A DNA stretch of 64,000 bases from Nanobdellota archaeon (GTDB lineage Archaea; Nanobdellota; Nanobdellia; Woesearchaeales; GW2011-AR4). Shown here one piece after another: positions 9,608-19,964 of this stretch (position 1 is its first letter; the number at the start of each line of letters is the position of its first letter). Both the position numbers and the translations under genes were made by a program. The notes under the pieces are model-generated. The model did not search any database. It worked only from the letters and a program-made list of their open reading frames with translations, and was not told the DNA's origin. Location: NCBI GenBank assembly GCA_022565235.1, contig JADFJW010000001.1, forward strand, positions 1,135-65,134, written 5' to 3'.

Positions 9608-10220
9608 CCAAAACCGCTCTCATAGGAGCGCCATCTGCATCTTTAACCTTTAATGGCAGCCCAACAAAGAAATATCTTCCAGGCTTTATTTCTGAAAGTT
9701 CTAGACCCTCAAATATAATAATGCCCTTACCAAGCAAAGACTTATGAGTACCATAGCTCGGTTGACTCCTTTCTATGCCCAAAGCATTAATTCCGACTCC
9801 TTTAATTTTTTTTGATGCTAGAAATTTTGCACCAGATTCAGCTAAATAAACGAAGTTAAAATCAAATGTTTTTTTGTATTCGTTCGAGGTTTTTAAAATA
9901 ACAATATCATTCTTTCGGATTTTTACATTGACGAGGTCTTCTTTTTCTATACCTCGCTTCTTAATTTTAGTTAAATCAACAACAACACATTCCCCCAAAA
10001 ATTTTCCAGTTGAAACAACGTTAATCTTTTTACCTTTTTGAAGAAAATGAAATGGTGCATCGACATGAGTGCCGGTGTGTGAATCAAGATGCAACCTCGA
10101 CTCATTCGCGTTGCCAGTTCTAGTGGTAGAAGTAACCTCTATCTTAGGTCGTTTGCTATCCTTATTTTTCCATACAACCATACCTTCACTTATTTCCAAA
10201 GATATATCATAAATTTTCAT
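9597..10220 (-). CDS. cyclase-family protein (kynurenine formamidase-like)
   Basis: The HLDSHTGTHVDAPFHF motif (HxGTHxDxPxH) is present. The likely true start is MKIYDISLEI, and the track start overlaps zwf. Confidence 0.75.
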   Translation of the reverse strand: MKIYDISLEISEGMVVWKNKDSKRPKIEVTSTTRTGNANESRLHLDSHTGTHVDAPFHFLQKGKKINVVSTGKFLGECVVVDLTKIKKRGIEKEDLVNVKIRKNDIVILKTSNEYKKTFDFNFVYLAESGAKFLASKKIKGVGINALGIERSQPSYGTHKSLLGKGIIIFEGLELSEIKPGRYFFVGLPLKVKDADGAPMRAVLVKF

Positions 10221-10266
10221 TGTATTATTGTTTTGAATTTTTATGCTTGAAAAAATTTTCAATTTT

Positions 10267-11790
10267 TCATTGTATTTTATTTCCATTGTTTTGGAGAAAT
10301 GTTGAATATATAGTTTTTTGCGGCGCATACCATTTTCTTTTATCTTTCTCTATAAGAGCATCTGCATTTTTAGGACCCCAGCTTCCTGCTGCATAACTAG
10401 CAACTTTTCCTTTCTTCCATGCCTTTGCAATCTTATCAACTATCTTCCATGAATGCTCAACCATCTCCCAGCTTGTAAACAAGGTTTGATCACCAATCAT
10501 AATATCATATAATAATCTTTCATAAGCATCAGGGGTATTAGGGCCAAATTTACATTCATGACAGAAGTCCATCCTTACATTATCTATTATCATCTTTTTT
10601 CCCGGAACTTTTGCAGAAAATTGCAAAGAAATGCCTTCTTCAGGCTGTATCCTCACTATAAGCATATTGGGTTCAATGTTTTTAACATGTTCATTGAATA
10701 AAATTCCGGAATTTTGCTTAAAAACAATAGTTATCTCAGCTACCCTCTCCTTTAGCCTTTTTCCGGTCCTAAGATAAAATGGGACATCTGACCATCTCGA
10801 ATTATCAATATTCAGCTTTAATGCGGCAAAAGTTTCTGTATTGGATTTTTTGCTGACTTTATCCTCATCATGGTAAGCTTTTACTTTTTTATCATTTACA
10901 ACTCCAGAACCATATTGCCCGCGAACAGTCATCTTTCCAATATCCTTAGTTGTAAGCGGTCTTATCGACCTTAAGACCTTTACCTTTTCTTCCCTTATAT
11001 CTTCAGCATCTAAGGTAACAGGTGGCTCCATAGCTGTCAATGCAACGAGCTGCAGCATATGATTTTGTATAATATCCCTTAAAGCGCCGGATTTTTCGTA
11101 ATAATTTCCCCTGGTCTCAACTCCAATGTCTTCTGCAACAGTAATCTGAACATGGTCGATGTATTTTTTGTTCCATATAGGTTCAAAAATACTATTTGCA
11201 AACCTTAGAACAAGCAGATTTTGCACTAACTCCTTTCCCACATAATGATCAATCCTATAAATCTGTTTTTCCTTGAAAACCTTTTTTATTGATTCATTAA
11301 GTTTTTTTGCTGACTTTAAATCATGACCGAATGGTTTTTCAAAAACAACTCTTGACCAGCCAGAGCTTGCAGTAAGGCCGCTTTTCTTTAAATTGCTTAT
11401 TATTGGCCCAAAAAAACCAGGAGGCGCTGAAAGATAAAATACCTTATTACAGCTTGTAGTTTTTGTGCATATTTTTTTAATTAATTCTTTAAGCCTATTG
11501 AAACCTTTAATATCCTGAAATTCAGATTGATGATAAAAAATCTTATTTTCCAGTTTTTTCCAAACTTTGTTGTCTACTTTAAACTTAGAAAAAGTGTTTA
11601 TTGCTTTTAAAGCCTCTTTTCTAAACTGCTCATTGCTTTTTTCCTTTCTAGCAAATGCTATAATCTTAGAGTCTTTATGCAGAAGGTTTTCAAACTCTAA
11701 TTTGTAAAAGGCCGGCAATAATTTCCTGTTTGTTAAATCTCCAGTTGCTCCAAAAATAATTATTAAACATGGCTCAATCTTATTTCCCAT
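10267..11790 (-). CDS. zwf: glucose-6-phosphate 1-dehydrogenase
   Basis: IIIFGATGDLTNRKLLPAFY (NADP-binding), RIDHYVGKE and EKPFG motifs are present. The start is chosen at MGNKIEP to avoid overlap with gnd. Confidence 0.85.
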   Translation of the reverse strand: MGNKIEPCLIIIFGATGDLTNRKLLPAFYKLEFENLLHKDSKIIAFARKEKSNEQFRKEALKAINTFSKFKVDNKVWKKLENKIFYHQSEFQDIKGFNRLKELIKKICTKTTSCNKVFYLSAPPGFFGPIISNLKKSGLTASSGWSRVVFEKPFGHDLKSAKKLNESIKKVFKEKQIYRIDHYVGKELVQNLLVLRFANSIFEPIWNKKYIDHVQITVAEDIGVETRGNYYEKSGALRDIIQNHMLQLVALTAMEPPVTLDAEDIREEKVKVLRSIRPLTTKDIGKMTVRGQYGSGVVNDKKVKAYHDEDKVSKKSNTETFAALKLNIDNSRWSDVPFYLRTGKRLKERVAEITIVFKQNSGILFNEHVKNIEPNMLIVRIQPEEGISLQFSAKVPGKKMIIDNVRMDFCHECKFGPNTPDAYERLLYDIMIGDQTLFTSWEMVEHSWKIVDKIAKAWKKGKVASYAAGSWGPKNADALIEKDKRKWYAPQKTIYSTFLQNNGNKIQ

Positions 11791-11791
11791 T

Positions 11792-12682
11792 TTATTTCTT
11801 CTTGACAGCATGTCCCCCGAACTCTCTCCTGGTAGCAGCAATTACTCTTTTTCCTAAAATAAATTTCTTGCTCCGGTCTTGCCTAATTTTTGCGGCAATT
11901 TCAAAAGCAGGCGCATAAGCCTTTACTGATTTAGCAGTTTTCCTAAGCTCATCGATTGTAACGCTGCCGATTTTCGGGCTAATATTCTTGAAATCCGGCC
12001 TTTTAAGCGCTACATTGGTCAGATCCATCAACCAGCTGTTTACAACACTTGCAGGCTGCCATACAGAAGTAGCTTTGACAATGTCAATGGGTTGCTTAAA
12101 TCCGTTTAACAACTCTACTCCTTCAGCTATACCCTGCAGATACACATACTCAATTATGTTATGTACACTTTTTACAAAATGCCCTGCTCCGGCAGTTCCA
12201 AAATAACCATAGCCACCTTTAGCTGACAAAGCCTTGACAAACGGCTCAACATACTTAAACTGATTTTTAGGGCCGCCAACCATTATAGTATACCCATTTT
12301 TAAGTCCCCAGATACCCCCGGAAACACCGCAATCAAAAAAAAATATACCCTGCTTTTTGCACAATCTATCATGCCTTTCTGCATTTTTGTAGAAATCATT
12401 TGCTCCGTCAACAATAATATCTCCTTTGTTTAATAATTGCAAAACTTTCTTCATCATAGAATCAGTGGCTTTACCTGCCGGCAGCATCAGCCAAACAATT
12501 TTCTTTCCAGGCAATTTATCAATTAGTTCCTCAACACTATATGCAGGAATAGCACCTTCCCTTGCAATCTTTTTTACTTTTTCAGGGCTCCTATTATATG
12601 CAACAACCTTAACCTTATGCTTAAGAAGCCTTTCAACCATATGGAAGCCCATTCTTCCAAGACCTATAAAACCAAGTTTCAT
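11792..12682 (-). CDS. gnd: 6-phosphogluconate dehydrogenase, decarboxylating (short ~300-aa form)
   Basis: MKLGFIGLGRMG Rossmann motif and GAGHFVKSVHNIIEY (6PGDH signature GAGHFVKMVHNGIEY) are present. It is immediately downstream of zwf. Confidence 0.8.
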   Translation of the reverse strand: MKLGFIGLGRMGFHMVERLLKHKVKVVAYNRSPEKVKKIAREGAIPAYSVEELIDKLPGKKIVWLMLPAGKATDSMMKKVLQLLNKGDIIVDGANDFYKNAERHDRLCKKQGIFFFDCGVSGGIWGLKNGYTIMVGGPKNQFKYVEPFVKALSAKGGYGYFGTAGAGHFVKSVHNIIEYVYLQGIAEGVELLNGFKQPIDIVKATSVWQPASVVNSWLMDLTNVALKRPDFKNISPKIGSVTIDELRKTAKSVKAYAPAFEIAAKIRQDRSKKFILGKRVIAATRREFGGHAVKKK

Positions 12683-12791
12683 TTTAAAACTATCACCATT
12701 TTTATTGCATTAACCATTATTATTTTTATTATAATAATTGAATGAAATAAGTAGTATTTAAATAATGTGGCTTTAACCTTATAAAAATATA

Positions 12792-13337
12792 ATGAGACTT
12801 ACAATTTTATTGCCAAGTTTATTTATTTTATTACTTCTGATTTCGGCATGTAAAATTGTTGAAAAAGAACCAGTTGTAGAGCCAGGAAAAACAATTACAT
12901 TTGATTATGCAGCAGGATTTGACAATGGAACTTTGTTTGATACTTCTTTTGAGACTGTTGCAAAAGAAGCAGGGATTTACAATCCTAACAGGATTTACCA
13001 ACCTGTTAAAATGGTATATGGCAAAGGCACGTTCTTCCCAGGACTAGAGGAAGCATTGCTTGGGATGAAAACAGGAGATATAAAAAATATAAGGATTCCA
13101 CCTGATAAAGCCTATGGCGCATTTATAGAAGGCTCAATAATGGTTTTGCCTAAAGATTCAATTAAAGGTAAAGGAGAAATAAAAGTCGGTCAGGTAATAG
13201 ATATTATAATTGCCGATGGTCAAAGTGTACCTGCTTATATCAAAGAAATAGGAGAAGAAAACATTACTGTAGATTTTAATCGCCCTCTCGCAGGAGAATT
13301 TATACAATTTTCAATAATATTGAAGAGTATTGAATAA
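12792..13337 (+). CDS. FKBP-type peptidyl-prolyl cis-trans isomerase, probable lipoprotein
   Basis: Signal peptide with LLISAC lipobox-like cysteine. The FKBP core is ITFDYAAGFDNGTLFDTS...YGKGTFFPGLEEALLGMKTGD. Confidence 0.85.
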   Translation: MRLTILLPSLFILLLLISACKIVEKEPVVEPGKTITFDYAAGFDNGTLFDTSFETVAKEAGIYNPNRIYQPVKMVYGKGTFFPGLEEALLGMKTGDIKNIRIPPDKAYGAFIEGSIMVLPKDSIKGKGEIKVGQVIDIIIADGQSVPAYIKEIGEENITVDFNRPLAGEFIQFSIILKSIE

Positions 13338-13338
13338 A

Positions 13339-14841
13339 TTAAGTGTTATAAGTCTTTATCTGCTCTAAAACTTCTTTCTTAACGACAACTTTACCGGTCA
13401 AACTTCTAAGCATATGCCCAGTTATTTCCAAATCATAGAATTTCTTTAACTCTAATCTACCTTTTACCCCCACAATCAGGGGATAGGTTCCAAACTGCCT
13501 GCAGAAAGTTGTATTGCCGTCATAAATCTCTGCATAGCAATTTCTCAATACAGTATCTTTAGGGACAATTCTTTGCAGCATTGGCCAATCAATTTTCTGC
13601 CTAATTTCATTGCGCCACTTCCAATAATATTTTTTATTCTTCTTCAGAAATTTATCACCTCCTTTTTCAAAAAGGGGTGTACCCTCAAATATAGCAACTT
13701 GCCTTATGTTAATCCTTCTTAACATTAAGCCATCTTCATAAATTTTCTTAAGCCATGCCATGTTCTCCTCATGAGTTTTCCTGCTTTCTCCCCTCAATCC
13801 GAAAATTATATTGATACCCGGCAAAAACCTTGGCATTCCGTCTTCTCCACGCTCAGCGCCATATTTATTAAGAATTTTTATGGCTTCATAAGCAATTTTA
13901 GGAGAACTATTAAGAGTATTTTCCTTGCAAACAACTTTATCAAAACTCTCAACTCCAAAAGCAGCTATATTGCCAGAGCTGCAATATTTAACAACAGCTT
14001 TAGTAATTTCATGATTTTTGTCCATAACAACCTTAACCGGATTTACATTATCCAAATGCAGAACTTCAATGTCCGGACATTTATCCCTTATATCTTTCAA
14101 CAATTCAATAGCATAAGGCAATGTGTAGAAACATGTCTGTTTTCCCAATCTGAAATACCTGCAGCCTAATTTATAGAACTCAATAATTTCTTTTAAAACA
14201 TCATCTTTTTCCCTAAATTCCACTCTATTTTTTATTGGTTCTGTGCAAAAACTACAATGTCCAATATCACAACCATGCCCGGTCTCAATCTCTATCATCC
14301 TATAATCAGGAATTTGTCTTATTATTTTAGCCCCACTGATAGAATATTCTTTAACATGGTTATATCCAAAATTAAACATAGAATAATCAATTTTATCAAA
14401 TATACTTAAATCAGCCTTTTCAAAAAACTTACCGCCATGAAGCTGAGTCCCAAAAACGGCAGGACCTGTAAGTATTTTTTTGCATCTAAGGTCTTTAATT
14501 AGGGGAATTATTTCATTTAAGGTACCTGGCACAGCAGAAAGATACTTCCCAGGAACATGAACACCCAAAACAATAATTAAAGTATCAGTTTTATTCATAA
14601 TTTTACTGATATTTTTATAGTTAATCGTTAAATTATAGGTAGTTATATCTGTTTTCTGAGAAAGTTTCGTTTCCTTTATAATTGAATTATTCTTTTTCCA
14701 TAACCTCAAATCATCTATTGTCATATAATTAACATCCTCATTAAGGTAGCCTGCTATATACCTAGGGTATGTTCCTAAGTAAGGTGGAACACCTAAACCT
14801 GCTGGCTCATCCGTATAACAGTCTAAAATTGTGTAGGTCAT
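13339..14841 (-). CDS. radical SAM-superfamily-like protein, 500 aa, atypical CX4CX2C
   Basis: ETGHGCDIGHCSFCTEP carries a three-Cys cluster motif with non-canonical spacing. A TIM-barrel-like central region is followed by a C-terminal extension. Confidence 0.45.
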   Translation of the reverse strand: MTYTILDCYTDEPAGLGVPPYLGTYPRYIAGYLNEDVNYMTIDDLRLWKKNNSIIKETKLSQKTDITTYNLTINYKNISKIMNKTDTLIIVLGVHVPGKYLSAVPGTLNEIIPLIKDLRCKKILTGPAVFGTQLHGGKFFEKADLSIFDKIDYSMFNFGYNHVKEYSISGAKIIRQIPDYRMIEIETGHGCDIGHCSFCTEPIKNRVEFREKDDVLKEIIEFYKLGCRYFRLGKQTCFYTLPYAIELLKDIRDKCPDIEVLHLDNVNPVKVVMDKNHEITKAVVKYCSSGNIAAFGVESFDKVVCKENTLNSSPKIAYEAIKILNKYGAERGEDGMPRFLPGINIIFGLRGESRKTHEENMAWLKKIYEDGLMLRRINIRQVAIFEGTPLFEKGGDKFLKKNKKYYWKWRNEIRQKIDWPMLQRIVPKDTVLRNCYAEIYDGNTTFCRQFGTYPLIVGVKGRLELKKFYDLEITGHMLRSLTGKVVVKKEVLEQIKTYNT

Positions 14842-14934
14842 AGTTATCAGTAATGTTTTTGGTATTAAAAAGGTTTTTATTTGGCTTATATGAAAGAGAA
14901 AACATTTATATGGGTTAAATAAACTCAGATTAGA

Positions 14935-15549
14935 ATGGGAGTATTTTCGTTATCAATAATCATTGTAATTTTGCTATTAATAATATTCCTATTGAATTTC
15001 TATAGGGATCCTAAAAGGACAATACCAAAAGGCAATAATATAGTCAGCCCAGCAGATGGCAGAGTAATACGTATTCTGAAAATTAATGCAAACAAGGTAA
15101 AAATCAATAAAGGGTTTCTTGGAAAAATAGAAACACTGACAAAAGATATAGCAAAAGAATGCTATGTCATCTCAATATTTATGTCTCCTTTCAATGTCCA
15201 TGTTAACAGAGCCCCAATATCCGGTCAAGTAAAATCAATAAAACATGAAAAAGGAAAATATTTTGCTGCATTTAACCTTGAAAAATCTTTAATAAATGAG
15301 AAAAATGAGATAATAATAAAAAATGAAAAAGTTGGAAAAGTAAAGATGATACAGATTGCCGGATTCTTAGCAAGAAGGATAATTTGCAGTATAAACAAAA
15401 ATGAAAAAGTTAATAAAGGGCAACGCATGGGTAAAATTGTGCTAGGAAGCCAAGTTACTTTAATATTGCCATCAAAAAAAGTTAAGCTTAAAATTAAAAA
15501 AAAGCAAAAAGTAGTTGGGGGAGAAACAATTATAGCAGATTTAAGATGA
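14935..15549 (+). CDS. psd: phosphatidylserine (archaetidylserine) decarboxylase proenzyme
   Basis: FMSPFNVHVNRAPISGQV and the LGSQV self-cleavage motif (LGST type) are present, with an N-terminal TM. Confidence 0.8.
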   Translation: MGVFSLSIIIVILLLIIFLLNFYRDPKRTIPKGNNIVSPADGRVIRILKINANKVKINKGFLGKIETLTKDIAKECYVISIFMSPFNVHVNRAPISGQVKSIKHEKGKYFAAFNLEKSLINEKNEIIIKNEKVGKVKMIQIAGFLARRIICSINKNEKVNKGQRMGKIVLGSQVTLILPSKKVKLKIKKKQKVVGGETIIADLR

Positions 15550-16109
15550 ACTCTAAATTAGTGTTTTTTTCAAATTTTCTTAAGAGACCAAAAGAAGTAG
15601 CTGCTATTACCCCTAGTTCGAGATATGTCATAAGGCATATTACGAAGAATATTGATTTTAACAATGCTAAATATATAGTGGAGTATGGACCAGGAATAGG
15701 AAATATTACTGAGGAATTATTAAAGAATATGGGTCCTGATGCCAGATTAGTATGTATTGAGTCAAATAAGAAATTCTGCAAATTTCTTGATGATAACATT
15801 CAAGATAGAAGATTGACAGTTATTAATGATTCGGCTGAAAAGCTTGAGTCCTATATTGAAAAACTTAATATAAATAATATTGATTATGTATTATCAGGTA
15901 TACCTTTTTCCTTGATTAAAAAAGAAATCAAAAAAGATATTATAAAAAAAACAGAATACGTTTTAAGGGAGCACGGTAAGTTTATCATATACCAACAATA
16001 TAATGGGCATTTAAAAAAATATCTTGATATTTATTTCAAAAAAATTTCTACAGAAGTAGAGCTTAGGAATATACCTCCCACTATGCTATATGTATGTGAA
16101 AAAATATGA
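15546..16109 (+). CDS. class I SAM-dependent methyltransferase, phospholipid N-methyltransferase (PmtA/COG3963)-like
   Basis: The N-terminus FLKRPKEVAAITPSSRYV matches the PmtA family start. Motif I is VEYGPGIGNIT. It overlaps the psd stop and the pssA start, so they form an operon. Confidence 0.55.
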   Translation: MNSKLVFFSNFLKRPKEVAAITPSSRYVIRHITKNIDFNNAKYIVEYGPGIGNITEELLKNMGPDARLVCIESNKKFCKFLDDNIQDRRLTVINDSAEKLESYIEKLNINNIDYVLSGIPFSLIKKEIKKDIIKKTEYVLREHGKFIIYQQYNGHLKKYLDIYFKKISTEVELRNIPPTMLYVCEKI

Positions 16110-16711
16110 GAATAAGAATTAAGAAAGATGAACTTCTAAAAAAATTTCCAAGAACATTGACATTGTTTAGACTGACAAGGAAATCAGATATAAGCGAATT
16201 TGGAATATTAAAATTGGTGAAATTTTCGGATATTTTCACCTTAACAAATATTATTTTCGGCTTAGCTGCTATTTTCTTTGCAATAAAGGGGAATTATACC
16301 TATGCCATCATTTCGCTTTTTTTTGCGGTGATAGCAGATTACTTGGATGGAAGGCTAGCAAGAAAATTAAAGCAGGAAAATATATTTGGCAAGGAACTTG
16401 ACTCATTAGCAGATACAATATCTTTCGGGGTGGCGCCTATAATTTTTGCTTTTTCCTTAATCCAAACCCCTTTGGCAATAACTGCTTTTATAATTTTTTT
16501 ATTCTGCGGTATTTTGAGATTGGCCAGATATAATATAATGAACGTGCAAAGCGGCTATGCAGGAATGCCCATAACATTAAATGGGATCATTATACCTCTG
16601 GTTTATCTTGCTAAAGTACCATTTGATTACTACCCCTATATCTATATCCTATTAGGAATTCTGATGATATCCTCTTTAAGATTCAAAAAACTTCAGTTCA
16701 AACAAGATTAA
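16106..16711 (+). CDS. pssA: CDP-alcohol phosphatidyltransferase (phosphatidylserine/archaetidylserine synthase-like)
   Basis: DYLDGRLARK...GKELDSLADTISFGVAP matches the D-G-x2-A-R...G-x3-D-x3-D motif. It is in an operon with psd. Confidence 0.8.
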   Translation: MRIRIKKDELLKKFPRTLTLFRLTRKSDISEFGILKLVKFSDIFTLTNIIFGLAAIFFAIKGNYTYAIISLFFAVIADYLDGRLARKLKQENIFGKELDSLADTISFGVAPIIFAFSLIQTPLAITAFIIFLFCGILRLARYNIMNVQSGYAGMPITLNGIIIPLVYLAKVPFDYYPYIYILLGILMISSLRFKKLQFKQD

Positions 16712-17189
16712 AACTAAAAACTGCAGAACCAAATCCTATAATCAGACCGACAAACACCTCTACAAAGCTGTGACCTAAAGAATAATGAAATTTGCTTATT
16801 TTCATCTTTTCGTATTTAATAATTTTTTCAATTATTTTACCTTCTACCCCTACACTTCTTCTTACACCCAGTGCGTCCCTTAGAGTAATCAAGGAAAAGG
16901 CAAGAACAGCAAAGAACAATGGGCTAAAGGCCTGATTCAGCCATATTATAACCGTAAGCGAACCGACAATGGCAGAATGCGTGCTTGGCATTCCTCCAGT
17001 TACAATCAAATCATTAAGATTGAATTTCTGTTTATGCTTTAATATAATAATCAATATTTTCGCTAATTGCGATATAATCACAGCCGATAAAATAGATAAA
17101 AAAATGTCATTCGTGAGTAAAGTTGTTATTAGGCCAGGCATATTGAAAAAACTTAAATAATAGTTTATAAATATTTCTAAAGTTATCAA
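16698..17189 (-). CDS. DUF212/YuiD-like divergent PAP2 membrane protein
   Basis: The GGMPSTHSAIVGSL motif (PSSHSA type) is present with multi-TM topology. Confidence 0.7.
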   Translation of the reverse strand: MITLEIFINYYLSFFNMPGLITTLLTNDIFLSILSAVIISQLAKILIIILKHKQKFNLNDLIVTGGMPSTHSAIVGSLTVIIWLNQAFSPLFFAVLAFSLITLRDALGVRRSVGVEGKIIEKIIKYEKMKISKFHYSLGHSFVEVFVGLIIGFGSAVFSFNLV

Positions 17190-17191
17190 TA

Positions 17192-17905
17192 ATGAAGCAA
17201 AAACACCATAATATCTCTTATTTATTTATTTTTATAATTATCATAATAGTTCTCTTATTCTTGAAATTAGGATATATAGACAAATTAGACTTGAGTCCAG
17301 ATAAAATTAAAGACAGGTTATTAGAATTTGGAGCATATGCACCATTAATATTAATTGCAATTCAATTTATTTTGGCAATTATATCTATCCTGCCAAGCCT
17401 GTTATTTAGCATAGCAGGGGGTTACATATTCGGACCATTTTATGGCACCCTATACAGCCTAACAGGCATGTTACTGGGATCTTTAGTAGTATTCCTGGTT
17501 GCAAAGAAATTTGGCAGAAAATTTGTTGAAAAATTAGTAGATAAAAGAGAATTATACCATTTTGATTTATTCTTTAAAAAGAAAGGAAAATTGGTCTTTA
17601 TTTTTGCAAGTTATCTGTCTATCTTTCCCAGAGATATCATAAGTTTATGTGCTGGATTAACAAAAATAAGAAAATTAGAATTTATTGTTATTTCTATAAT
17701 TGCATTTACCCCGCATTTGTTAATACTAACTTATCTCGGGTCACAATTATCACAAAATATTTTTGATTTTAAAATAGTTCTGATAAGCGTAATTATAACT
17801 CTTTCATTGATTTTATATACTTTTAGGCACAAAATTAAAGGGTTAATAGTAAAAGAGATAAAGATATTTGAGGAAGAATATAAAAAGGAAAAATTCTTTA
17901 ATTAA
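17192..17905 (+). CDS. DedA/TVP38/TMEM64 (VTT-domain) family membrane protein
   Basis: GYIFGPFYGTLYSLTGMLLGSLVVFLVAKKFGR is the characteristic VTT-domain core. Confidence 0.8.
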   Translation: MKQKHHNISYLFIFIIIIIVLLFLKLGYIDKLDLSPDKIKDRLLEFGAYAPLILIAIQFILAIISILPSLLFSIAGGYIFGPFYGTLYSLTGMLLGSLVVFLVAKKFGRKFVEKLVDKRELYHFDLFFKKKGKLVFIFASYLSIFPRDIISLCAGLTKIRKLEFIVISIIAFTPHLLILTYLGSQLSQNIFDFKIVLISVIITLSLILYTFRHKIKGLIVKEIKIFEEEYKKEKFFN

Positions 17906-18939
17906 GAGAGGTATTTAAAAGATTTAAACCAACCACTTGATAAAAGAATATATCTGAACATCGATAGATATATTAAAATAAATGTTATGATTAGAATTTG
18001 ATCCTTATAAATGAAATTTATTAATATTGCAACGATGGTAACATAAGTCATACCTACAGAAATTTTCGCTATCGGGGTTATGGGAATTTTTTTTTGTTTT
18101 CTTAGAAAAAATATTTTTGATAAAAACATCATGATAGAGGGGAAAATTAATAATAAGATCCAGATAAAATGCAAATATCCTAAAATTACAAATAAAAAGA
18201 AACTTATTAATAACACCGACCAATCAGTAAAAGAATCAAGTGCCCTGCCAAATTCTGTCACTTGGTTCATCATTCTAGCTGAAATTCCATCAAGCTTATC
18301 ACTCAATACAATTATACCGATGATAATCAAGGAATAGTTTAATTTTGAATTTAGCATTGTAATTACAAATAAAGGCAACAATACAAGCCTCATAAAAGTG
18401 ATAATGTTAGGGATGTTCAATATTTTTTCATCTAACATTCCCATTATTTTAACTAAATATCCTAATCCAGAAATAAGTGTAATTATAACTGCTATCAGCA
18501 TAAAATACCAATTGAATGGAAAATTTATTATGACGGATATTATCGCGACTGTCTGAATAACTGTCTTGATTTTTCCCAATTTTTCAGCCGGAATGACATG
18601 CTTGGGCAAGACTATGAGCCTCAGCATCGTAATAATCCATTCTCTCGCTATGATTATAACGACCATCCATAAGGGTATTCTGCCTATTAAAAAAATAAGA
18701 GCTGCAGATATAAGAAGTTTATCTGCAATAGGATCTAATATCTTTCCCAGACCCGTTGTCTGTTGCTTTTTTCTTGCAATATAACCATCAAGAGCGTCGG
18801 ATAATGATAAAATTATGAAAATAAATGCTGCAATGTAATCTCCATAAGGCATTTCTATCAAGAGAAATATGACAAATACTGGAATTAGAATAATCCTAAA
18901 GAAGGTTATCTGATTTGGCAATGAAAAGATATGTTTCAT
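17902..18939 (-). CDS. membrane protein with two tandem CDP-alcohol phosphatidyltransferase domains
   Basis: The first domain is DALDGYIARK...GKILDPIADKLL. The second is DKLDGISARMM...GRALDSFTDW. Both carry the full DG..AR..G...D...D motif. Confidence 0.75.
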   Translation of the reverse strand: MKHIFSLPNQITFFRIILIPVFVIFLLIEMPYGDYIAAFIFIILSLSDALDGYIARKKQQTTGLGKILDPIADKLLISAALIFLIGRIPLWMVVIIIAREWIITMLRLIVLPKHVIPAEKLGKIKTVIQTVAIISVIINFPFNWYFMLIAVIITLISGLGYLVKIMGMLDEKILNIPNIITFMRLVLLPLFVITMLNSKLNYSLIIIGIIVLSDKLDGISARMMNQVTEFGRALDSFTDWSVLLISFFLFVILGYLHFIWILLLIFPSIMMFLSKIFFLRKQKKIPITPIAKISVGMTYVTIVAILINFIYKDQILIITFILIYLSMFRYILLSSGWFKSFKYLS

Positions 18940-19170
18940 GTTCTATTTTTACTCTTTAATTTTGACTCTTTTTTTCCATTCATAATAAATTTAATATTGG
19001 AGGGCTTATTTATTAATTTAACTTATTTTTAGTTAGGAGTATTTTTAGTACTACTTAGTTCAATTTCTGCATACACTATGAAGCATCCACTACAACAATT
19101 TTCAGATACTGAGGCAAGAAAGATGGTTGAAGAATGTATAGAGGGTAAACGTGAGAGATAATTTTTTATT

Positions 19171-19791
19171 TTAGATTTTTTTATTTCCTTCAATAATTTC
19201 TTTAGCATAAAATATTCTTTGTACGCTTCCTATATAGACAATAATTGCTATCAAGTAAAGAAAAAGTGACATTGAAGAAACGGCGAATCCAAATATTTTT
19301 GCGGATGGTAAAAATATGCTAATTAACATTGCAATAATTAATAATACTAACCTGTCTAATCTCTCGCCTATTGTTGGCCAACCGTGATTGTCTACTTGAG
19401 TTATAATTGCTGTCCTTGCCTTGGCATAGCTCACAACAAGACTGCCGCTAATTACAAGAAATGCCTCAATCTGAAAACCAGCAAAAGCAAAACCTAAATA
19501 AATTATTATTTCTACATACCTGTCAATTAATGCATCTAGGTAATTGCCAAATTTAGATACTTTACCTTCTGCTCTCGCAAGACTACCATCTAAAGCATCC
19601 CAAATTGCTGCAAGTATTACAAAAATAAAACCTATAGTTATATTTTCATTAGCTATGAAATAAGCAGCAATTACAGCCCATAGTATAGCAAAGGAAGAGA
19701 AAATATTGGGATTAATCCCTGTTTTTGCTATTAATGAACCTATTTTTTCAAGAGGTTTCTTTAATTTTTGCCTAAGTTTTTCACCTAACAT
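19171..19791 (-). CDS. CDP-alcohol phosphatidyltransferase (AIPS/PgsA-like)
   Basis: DALDGSLARAEGKVSKFGNYLDALIDRY is present. The start is taken at MLGEKLRQ, and the track start is probably over-extended. Confidence 0.75.
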   Translation of the reverse strand: MLGEKLRQKLKKPLEKIGSLIAKTGINPNIFSSFAILWAVIAAYFIANENITIGFIFVILAAIWDALDGSLARAEGKVSKFGNYLDALIDRYVEIIIYLGFAFAGFQIEAFLVISGSLVVSYAKARTAIITQVDNHGWPTIGERLDRLVLLIIAMLISIFLPSAKIFGFAVSSMSLFLYLIAIIVYIGSVQRIFYAKEIIEGNKKI

Positions 19792-19964
19792 GTTTAGTAT
19801 ATTGTGATTATGATACAAATAATAAAATCTGGGCTCTGGTGAAATCCTATACCAAACATACAACATATTGTGTTTTGAAGTCTTCTATGCTTCAACATAT
19901 AGTGGGGTTTCAGCAGAGCCAAAATCTGAAAACATTTAAATACTTTATTATTATTTCATGAAAA

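Noticed and set aside
19078-19161. 27-aa ORF MKHPLQQFSDTEARKMVEECIEGKRER between two CDP-alcohol transferase genes
   Set aside because: It is too short and has no SD, promoter context or conservation evidence. It is kept only as a possibility.
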